NCBI GenBank assembly: GCA_046566985.1
Contig: JBKICT010000006.1
Coordinates: 238,353-302,352, forward strand
Direction: 5' to 3'
Length of the DNA: 64,000 nt
Origin: Acidobacteriota bacterium
GTDB taxonomy: Bacteria > Acidobacteriota > Terriglobia > Terriglobales > Acidobacteriaceae
The notes under the pieces are model-generated. The model saw nothing but the letters and a program-made list of their open reading frames with translations. It ran no database searches and was not told the DNA's origin. How positions within the stretch are numbered: position 1 is the first letter of the stretch; each line of letters begins with the position of its first letter. This document shows positions 57,376 to 64,000 of the stretch, in pieces. Both the position numbers and the translations under genes were made by a program.

Positions 57376-59318
57376 CTTCTTCCACCACCAACTCGCTGCG
57401 CCGTTTCACCTGCCTTTTGATGGCTGCGGTTTTCGCCGCAGCGCAGGCACAGCAGGCTGCCGCGCCTCCAGTCCCCTCCGCAAAGCCCGCGCCAGGCGCG
57501 ACGCAAACCACATCTACAGCTCTGACGCCTCCGCCCAGGGAACCCAGTGCCCGCGACCGGCGGCGCGCCGTAAAGCTGTACCTGGCGGCGGCAAAGCTCT
57601 ACCAGGATGGAAGCTTCGAGAAGGCATGGCAGCAGGATGCCGAAGCCGCCAAGCTTGATCCTACGAATCGCGATTATGCCCTGGCAGCCGAAGTTGCACG
57701 CAACCACGCGGTGATGGCGCTGCTGCAGCAGGCCGCGCACGATCGCGAGCAGGGCAACTCAGCCGCGGCACGTGCCGCCATCGAGCATGCCGCGCAGATC
57801 GATCCGCAAGATCCCACGGTGGTCCAACACCTGAATGAGCTCGGGAACTATGCCGCGGCGCAAGCCCCGCAAAACCGCCTGCAGCTCCCGGTTCCGCAAT
57901 TGGCCGGTCCCATTCAACTGGAGCCTAAGCCTGGCGTGCAAAGCTTTCATGTTCGCATGAGCGAGCGGCAGCTTATCCAAAATGTATTTCGCGCATTCGG
58001 AATTGAAGCGACGCTCGACGACAGCGTGCGCGGCAACCTGGTGCGGTTCAATGTCGACGACGTCAACTACGCCGAGGCGGTGCGGGCGCTGGGGCTGGCC
58101 ACCGATACCTTCTTTGTGCCCATCGATGCGCACCGGGTTCTGGCGGCGCGCGATGACCGTCCCCATCGCGAAGAGTTTGAGCGCAACGCCGTGGAAACGT
58201 TCCCGCTGTCGGGCATGTCTGCCGCGGAGATCACCGAGATGGGCACGATGGCCCGCACGGTGTTCCAGCCCGCGAAGATGGCCATCGACCAGACCGCGGC
58301 GTCGCTGACGTTACGCGCGCCGGTCCAGACGATCGATGCCTTCAACACGACCTATCGCAATCTGATGGAAGGCCGCGCCGAGGTGATGGTCGATGTCAAG
58401 CTCCTGCAACTCGCCCACACCTATAACCTGGGCACAGGCGCTCAGTTGCCGCAGACGATTACGGCATTCAACGTCTACGCCGAGGAGCAGTCGATTCTGA
58501 GTGCCAACCAGGCGCTGGTGCAGCAGATCATCTCGTCCGGCCTGGCCGCGCCCGGCGATACCCTCGCAATCCTCGGCATCCTGCTCGCCTCGGGGCAGGT
58601 TTCCAGTTCGCTTTTCCAGAACGGCATTGCGCTTTTCGGCGGAGGCATGACGCTCTCCGGCCTCTCGCCGGGACCGGCCACGTTCAACCTGAACGTCAAC
58701 TCCTCTGATTCCCGGGAGCTGGACGACTACCGCTTGCGCCTGCTGGATGGAGAAGAAGGTACGCTGAAGGCCGGCTCGCGGTATCCCATCACCACCTCGT
58801 CCTATTCGAGCCTGGGCGCAAATACGCTGAACATCCCCGGCCTGACCGGAGCGGGAGCCTCGGGGAGCCTCAGCTCCATTCTTGCCTCGCTGCAAGGCGG
58901 CTCGATCAACGTCCCCATGGTGCAATACGAGGATCTCGGCGTTGTCTTCAAGACGCGGCCCACCGTGCTGCGCTCCGGCGAGGTAGCTCTCAGCATCGAT
59001 CTGAAGATCAGCTCGCTGGCCGGGCCGTCGCTGAATGGAGTGCCTGTGCTCGCCAACCGGTCGTACTCGGGCTCGGTTCGGCTTGGGGCGGATCAATCGG
59101 TGGTTCTTGCAGGAGAGATCGACAAGAACGAGACGCGCGCCATCAGCGGACTGCCGGGCCTGAGCGAGATTCCCGGACTGAACGACATAACGGCGAAGAC
59201 AAACCAGGAGAACTACGCCACGCTTCTGATCCTGGTGACCCCGCGCGTTGTCCGCATGCCCTGGGGCGTGAACCAGTCGCCGATGGTGCCCGTGAGCGGC
59301 ACTCCCGGCGTGCCATGA
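57372..59318 (+). CDS. Secretin-like (type II/III secretion / PilQ) outer-membrane protein with TPR-like N-terminus
   Basis: Signal peptide; VMVDVKLL; LKAGSRYPI; QYEDLGVVFKTRPTVL; VLANRSY...V.L..DQSVVLAG; GLPGLSEIPGL; LLILVTPRVV. GTGA overlap with the HAD stop. Confidence 0.8.
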   Translation: MTSSTTNSLRRFTCLLMAAVFAAAQAQQAAAPPVPSAKPAPGATQTTSTALTPPPREPSARDRRRAVKLYLAAAKLYQDGSFEKAWQQDAEAAKLDPTNRDYALAAEVARNHAVMALLQQAAHDREQGNSAAARAAIEHAAQIDPQDPTVVQHLNELGNYAAAQAPQNRLQLPVPQLAGPIQLEPKPGVQSFHVRMSERQLIQNVFRAFGIEATLDDSVRGNLVRFNVDDVNYAEAVRALGLATDTFFVPIDAHRVLAARDDRPHREEFERNAVETFPLSGMSAAEITEMGTMARTVFQPAKMAIDQTAASLTLRAPVQTIDAFNTTYRNLMEGRAEVMVDVKLLQLAHTYNLGTGAQLPQTITAFNVYAEEQSILSANQALVQQIISSGLAAPGDTLAILGILLASGQVSSSLFQNGIALFGGGMTLSGLSPGPATFNLNVNSSDSRELDDYRLRLLDGEEGTLKAGSRYPITTSSYSSLGANTLNIPGLTGAGASGSLSSILASLQGGSINVPMVQYEDLGVVFKTRPTVLRSGEVALSIDLKISSLAGPSLNGVPVLANRSYSGSVRLGADQSVVLAGEIDKNETRAISGLPGLSEIPGLNDITAKTNQENYATLLILVTPRVVRMPWGVNQSPMVPVSGTPGVP

Positions 59319-59333
59319 TTCTGCCGATCCGCT

Positions 59334-59375
59334 AAAAAAGAGATGCCCCCGCTTGCGCGGAGGCATTGTCTTTTT
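59334..59375. terminator. Bidirectional terminator
   Basis: AAAAAAGAG-ATGCCCCCGC-TTGC-GCGGAGGCAT-TGTCTTTTT. Confidence 0.75.
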
Positions 59376-59392
59376 ACTGAAGGCAAACGAAG

Positions 59393-60406
59393 CTACGGCT
59401 GAATTCCGTCCAACTGCTCCTGGAACTCGACGATCTTCTTCAGCACGTCGTAGGATACGCCGCCGATGGGAACCAGGCGGCCGTTGATGAACAGCGTGGG
59501 CGTCTGGTTGACGTTCAGGTCCTGCGCCAGCTTGACGGAGTTTTCGACCTCCTGCGAAGTGGCAGGGAGGGCGGCGCACGCCGAGATCTTCGCGGGAGCG
59601 AGCCCAACCTTGGTCACCGCGCTGTTCAGGGTCAAGGTTGCGCCGTCCGCCGTTGCCAGGCCTTCCTGCCCGTCAAACACGGCCTGCGCAAAGCGGAAGA
59701 AGGTATCGCTGCCGCCGGCCTTGGTCACACACACGCCGTATGCAGCAGCCAGCTTTGCCTGGGGATGGATGCGCTCCAGGGGATAGTTCTGGAAGACGAT
59801 GCGTGCCTTGGGGAAGTCCACGGCGAGCTTGTCCATGTTGGCCTGCGCCTCTTTGCAGTGCGGGCACTCAAAGTCGGCGAACTCGACCATCTCCAGATCC
59901 TTGGAGGCGGCGCCGCGATACGGCCCGTCGGCCCGCTGCTGCAGAACGGCGCGATTATCGGCATAAGGATGCGCACCGAAGGGATACACGTCATCGCCGG
60001 CGATGATGTGCTTGCCGTCGGGCAGGACAAAGAACAGGAATGCCGACGGCTTCTGCTTGCCGGTCTTGTCGCCGATGTACACCGCAACCTTGCTCAGGTT
60101 CGGCACAGGGGTCTTCAGGATTGCCGCCACTTCCCAGATGCGGTTGGGATCGTATCCCCAGCTCGCGTGAAGGAAGGCATTGACCTCGTCCTTAGTGGGC
60201 GTGTCCGTGGTGAAGTTCCGGGGATCCTGCTTGGGGAACACAGGGGCCGCCGACGGAGTGGGGGCGGCTGGCGCAACCTGCTGGGGTGCGGGCGCAGCGC
60301 CCTGCGGCGGAGCTGCCGGAACCTGTTGCTGAGAGAATGCGGGGAGTGCGGCGGCAAGGCAGGCCAGCGCCGCAAAGCTGGACAAACGGCCGAAATGATG
60401 ATTCAA
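59393..60406 (-). CDS. DsbA/DsbG-like thioredoxin-fold protein
   Basis: Signal peptide; EFADFECPHC; cis-Pro loop QTPTLFING; TTG start with AAGGAG. Confidence 0.9.
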   Translation of the reverse strand: MNHHFGRLSSFAALACLAAALPAFSQQQVPAAPPQGAAPAPQQVAPAAPTPSAAPVFPKQDPRNFTTDTPTKDEVNAFLHASWGYDPNRIWEVAAILKTPVPNLSKVAVYIGDKTGKQKPSAFLFFVLPDGKHIIAGDDVYPFGAHPYADNRAVLQQRADGPYRGAASKDLEMVEFADFECPHCKEAQANMDKLAVDFPKARIVFQNYPLERIHPQAKLAAAYGVCVTKAGGSDTFFRFAQAVFDGQEGLATADGATLTLNSAVTKVGLAPAKISACAALPATSQEVENSVKLAQDLNVNQTPTLFINGRLVPIGGVSYDVLKKIVEFQEQLDGIQP

Positions 60407-60500
60407 ACGGATTCTCCTTCGTGCGTGTTTGTATTATCTCTTCTCAAAGCGGGGATTCGCCAGCCGAATCGACACCGGCTGCGGGTTCGCGGCAAGTTCC

Positions 60501-62144
60501 CTATACCTGAACCTTGACAGCGATGGGGAATCGCCGCCCCATGCCAAACGATTTCGACGTCACCTTCAGCACCGGAGCAGCCTGTTGCCGCTTGTACTCC
60601 GAACGCTCGATGAGCCGCACAATCTGTTGGACGAGTTCGATGGGAAATCCGCGTTCGCGCGCGATCTGCTCCGGCGTCTCGTAGCGTTCAACGTATGCTT
60701 CCACGATGGGATCGAGCACCTCGTAGGGCGGCAGTGAGTCAGTGTCCTTCTGCCCCGGCCGCAGCTCTGCCGAAGGCGGCTTCTCCAGAATCGCCGCGGG
60801 AATCACCTCGCACTCGCGGTTCAGCCAGTGGCAGATGGCGTAGACGCGCGTCTTGACCAGGTCTCCGATGACTGCCAGCGCGCCGACCATATCGCCATAC
60901 AGCGTGCAATAGCCCACCGCCATCTCGCTCTTGTTGCCGGTGGTGAGCACCAGGGCACCCAGCTTGTTTGACAGGGCCATCAGCAGCGTTCCGCGAATGC
61001 GCGGCTGGATATTCTCTTCGGTAATATCCTGCGCCATGCCGGCGAACATCGGCTCCAGGGCGTGCGTAAAGCCGGTAAAAAGCTCGCTGATCCCGATCAG
61101 CTCGAACCGTATGCCGAGGTTGGCCGCCAGGTGCCGGCTGTCATCGATCGATCCCTGCGACGAGTAGGGACTGGGCATGCCGATGGCGATCACGTTCTCC
61201 GCGCCCAGCGCTTCCGCGGCGATCGCGGCCACCAGGGCGGAATCGATGCCGCCGCTCAACCCTACGATAGCCTTACGGAATCCGCATTTGCGCACATAAT
61301 CCCGCGTGCCCAGCACCAGCGCGTCCCAGGCCGCTTTGGATTCGTCGGGCTCCGGCTCCGCAATCGGCGCGGCCGCGATGGGATCCACGATCACGAGATC
61401 TTCCCGGAACGACGCTGCTTCCGCCACCACTTCGCCGCGCGCGTTGATGGCCAGCGACGATCCATCGAAGACCAGGCTGTCGTTTCCGCCCACCTGATTG
61501 CACAGCAGCACGGGGATCCCGTCGCGCCGCGCAATCGCCTGGAGCATCTCTCGCCGCACTTCCATCTTGCCGTGCCAGAACGGCGACGCCGAGATGTTGA
61601 TGTGGATGGCGGGATGCTGCGCCATCAGCTCTTCCATGGGATCGATGCTGTAGAGGCGGCGAGGCCAGTAGTTTTTATCGTTCCAAGCGTCCTCGCAGAT
61701 GGAGATCGCCATCCGCAGCCCATCCAGTTCGACCACATGCTGCGACCGCGCCGCCGAAAAATAGCGCTGCTCGTCGAAGACGTCGTAAAACGGCAGCAGG
61801 CGTTTGTGCTGCTCCAAGAGCACCTTGCCTTGATCGATGAGCACACCGGCGTTCACCGCCGGCTTGCCCCGCCCTGGTTTAGCCGCAAGCGCCGCCCCTA
61901 CCAGAATCGCCGTGGGCAGGTCGCGAGTGGCTTCGGCAAGCTCGTCGAGAGCCGTGCGACAGCGCGCCAAAAAGCTTGGCTTCTCCAGGAAATCCGCCGG
62001 GGGATACCCGCAGATGGAGAGCTCAGGAAATACTGTGAGCCGGGCGCCCTGCTCTGCGGCACGGCGGCTCACGTCCATGATCTTAGCCAGGTTCCCGGTA
62101 AAATCCCCGATCGTGGGATCGATCTGGGCTATCGCGATCTTCAC
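60501..62144 (-). CDS. nadE: Glutamine-dependent NAD+ synthetase
   Basis: Nitrilase domain (FPEL, KRLLP.Y.VFDE.RYF, ICEDAW) + GLSGGIDS, TGNKSE, PSAEL. Confidence 0.96.
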   Translation of the reverse strand: MKIAIAQIDPTIGDFTGNLAKIMDVSRRAAEQGARLTVFPELSICGYPPADFLEKPSFLARCRTALDELAEATRDLPTAILVGAALAAKPGRGKPAVNAGVLIDQGKVLLEQHKRLLPFYDVFDEQRYFSAARSQHVVELDGLRMAISICEDAWNDKNYWPRRLYSIDPMEELMAQHPAIHINISASPFWHGKMEVRREMLQAIARRDGIPVLLCNQVGGNDSLVFDGSSLAINARGEVVAEAASFREDLVIVDPIAAAPIAEPEPDESKAAWDALVLGTRDYVRKCGFRKAIVGLSGGIDSALVAAIAAEALGAENVIAIGMPSPYSSQGSIDDSRHLAANLGIRFELIGISELFTGFTHALEPMFAGMAQDITEENIQPRIRGTLLMALSNKLGALVLTTGNKSEMAVGYCTLYGDMVGALAVIGDLVKTRVYAICHWLNRECEVIPAAILEKPPSAELRPGQKDTDSLPPYEVLDPIVEAYVERYETPEQIARERGFPIELVQQIVRLIERSEYKRQQAAPVLKVTSKSFGMGRRFPIAVKVQV

Positions 62145-62162
62145 GCCTCTAGTTTATCGAAA

Positions 62163-62966
62163 CTACTTCGGCAGCTCGTATGCATCGAGCGTCAGAAACT
62201 CGCGGATGTTCGGATCGTCTGACGCCATGAACGCCGGGAGCGGCCCAAAAAACTGCGCCCGCCCCTCATGCAGAAAGAGAACCATATCCGCAAGCCGCTC
62301 CGCAAAGCGCATGTCGTGCGTGACCACGATGCTGGTGTAGCCCAGCTGATGCTTCAGCCGCTGGATGATATCCCCAAGTCGTCGCGCGATGATGGGGTCC
62401 ACCATCGTGGTGGGCTCGTCGTAGAGCACCACCTCAGGCTGCGCCGCGAGCGCCCGCGCGATGGCCACCGCGCGCCGCCGGCCCGTTGAAAGGCTCGCCG
62501 GCAACAATTCCTCTACGTCCTGAGCGCCAACCAGGTCGAGCAGGCGCGTCACCACCTGTTGAATCTGGTCTTCTTCCAGGCCGCCGCGTTCGCGCAAGGG
62601 GAATGCGACGTTCTCGCGCACGGAGAGCGAGTCAAAGAGCGCCCCGTTCTGAAACACCATGGTGATGCGCTTGCGGACCTCCTGCATCCCCGCCTCGCTC
62701 ATCTCCGTGAGTTCTTCGCCATTGAAGCGGATGGAGCCGGAATCGGGCTTGAGAAATCCCATGAGCATGCGCAGCGACACCGATTTGCCCACACCGCTGC
62801 GCCCAAGGATGCACAGCGTCTGTCCCCGATCGATCCAGAACGTCACGTCCTTGAGCACGTGATGATCTTCAAATGAGATCGACACGTTGCGAAACCAGAT
62901 CACCGGTTCCGGTGCATCGGGGGCGCGCGGGGGGACGACCATCTGCGGGTTGGCGACGTCTGCCAT
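62163..62966 (-). CDS. ABC transporter ATP-binding protein (MlaF-like)
   Basis: GRSGVGKS, VFQNGALFDSLSV.ENV, LSTG (signature variant), LYDEPT, VTHD. Confidence 0.9.
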   Translation of the reverse strand: MADVANPQMVVPPRAPDAPEPVIWFRNVSISFEDHHVLKDVTFWIDRGQTLCILGRSGVGKSVSLRMLMGFLKPDSGSIRFNGEELTEMSEAGMQEVRKRITMVFQNGALFDSLSVRENVAFPLRERGGLEEDQIQQVVTRLLDLVGAQDVEELLPASLSTGRRRAVAIARALAAQPEVVLYDEPTTMVDPIIARRLGDIIQRLKHQLGYTSIVVTHDMRFAERLADMVLFLHEGRAQFFGPLPAFMASDDPNIREFLTLDAYELPK

Positions 62967-62978
62967 GCTGACTCAAGC

Positions 62979-63632
62979 TTACGCGAACGTCGCCTGGAGC
63001 CATTGCGCGGCCCGGGCCATATCCTGCTGCGTATTGAGGTTGGCGAACCAGCGCACCGGCGGCAGACCGCGATCGTCGCGCACCTGGCCCGCCTGCGCGA
63101 GATATTCCACGGGGAGCGCCCGAAGCCGCTGGGCGCGCTTCCCTGCCGCCTTGTCAAGCGCCGCGAGGCATCCGCGTCGGCCTGCGGCGAGTTCCGCTCT
63201 CAGCACCGGAGCAGCTTCGCGCCGGATGACGGATGGAAAGGTCTGCGCGAATCCGTTCACGGAAAAAACGGTAACTACTTCCGCTGTCATCGCTGCGTGC
63301 TCCACAAGATAGTGGATGGCGGAAACCGGCATCAGCGGCATATCGACGGAGACAAACAACGCGATTTCGGCGTCGCATTGCTCGAGCGCCGAACAGATGC
63401 CGCCCAGTGGTCCGCAATCCGGCTCTGCGTCCGGAATAATCGAAGCGTACGAGTTCACATCGGCATGGGCTCCAGCGATGGCAGCGTTCAATCCGGCTGC
63501 GCGCAATGTGTCCAGGGCATGTGCAATCAGCGGCCTGCCTGCCAGCTCCACGAGCGCCTTGTCCGCGCCCATGCGGCGGGAGTGGCCGCCTGCAAGCACG
63601 AACCCGGCACAGTTGAGCCGGGCTTCGCTCAA
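62979..63632 (-). CDS. mobA: Molybdenum cofactor guanylyltransferase
   Basis: VLAGGHSRRMGADKA, GPLGGI, VSVDMP, NLNT..D. Confidence 0.92.
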   Translation of the reverse strand: MSEARLNCAGFVLAGGHSRRMGADKALVELAGRPLIAHALDTLRAAGLNAAIAGAHADVNSYASIIPDAEPDCGPLGGICSALEQCDAEIALFVSVDMPLMPVSAIHYLVEHAAMTAEVVTVFSVNGFAQTFPSVIRREAAPVLRAELAAGRRGCLAALDKAAGKRAQRLRALPVEYLAQAGQVRDDRGLPPVRWFANLNTQQDMARAAQWLQATFA

Positions 63633-64000
63633 CGCCCCGCCTCTTCCAGGAAGCGGATGATCGACTGAATGCCCAACTCGAAGTTCTTGAGGTTGAACTT
63701 CTCATTGGGGGCGTGGAGGTTGTCGTCGGGCAGGCCGAAACCCATCATCACGCTGGGCAGGCCCAGGTGCTTGTCGAAGTCGCCGACGATGGGAATCGAT
63801 CCTCCCGAGCGGATGAACACCGTGTCCTTGCCCCACACCTCGTGCATGGCGCGCGTAGCGGCCTGGACGTACTGATTGTCTGTGGGGATCAGGCAGGCAT
63901 CGCCCGAGTGGATGAGCCGCACCTGCACATCAACGCCCTTCGGCGCAATCTTTTCCACGTAGCTCTTGTACTGCTCGAAGGCCTTGGCCGGCGTCATGTT
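63629..64000 (-). CDS. M20 family dipeptidase (3' part; starts beyond the window)
   Basis: RSGGSIPIV, GFGLPDDNLHAPNEKF. Confidence 0.9.
   Translation of the reverse strand, partial: NMTPAKAFEQYKSYVEKIAPKGVDVQVRLIHSGDACLIPTDNQYVQAATRAMHEVWGKDTVFIRSGGSIPIVGDFDKHLGLPSVMMGFGLPDDNLHAPNEKFNLKNFELGIQSIIRFLEEAGR

Overview
GC-rich bacterial chromosomal window, most likely Acidobacteriota (Terriglobia/Acidobacteriaceae); this is inferred from the tandem acidobacterial-type VWA genes and the overall gene content. Core genes include gpmI, gap-pgk-tpiA, cdsA-dxr-rseP, ribA, aroF, a cimA-like synthase, purC-cvpA-fis-like, nadE, mobA, tRNA-Leu(GAG)-secG and a probable 6S RNA. Accessory genes include a membrane-bound group 1 [NiFe]-hydrogenase operon (small, large, cytochrome b, protease), a very large GH13, a GH3, a BON-SRPBCC gene divergent from a GGQ-less archaeo-eukaryotic-type release-factor homologue, a Phd-PIN toxin-antitoxin pair inside the glycolytic cluster, an orphan GAF-PAS kinase and an orphan secretin. 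The most interesting signals are non-coding. (1) Four intergenic TGTGA-N6-TCACA (CRP/FNR-family) boxes sit at the hydrogenase, baeRF1/BON, gap and sRNA/purC loci. (2) A candidate ~220-nt minus-strand sRNA has its own terminator and an anti-Shine-Dalgarno loop. (3) The hydrogenase protease has a probable ATT start and a sequestered SD. (4) Inverted 7-8-mer tandem-repeat arms and REP-like palindromes lie next to highly expressed genes. No CRISPR array, integrase, transposase or rRNA was seen. All calls were made by eye from motifs; no database search was run. Several start codons were moved from the ORF track based on SD position or family N-termini.
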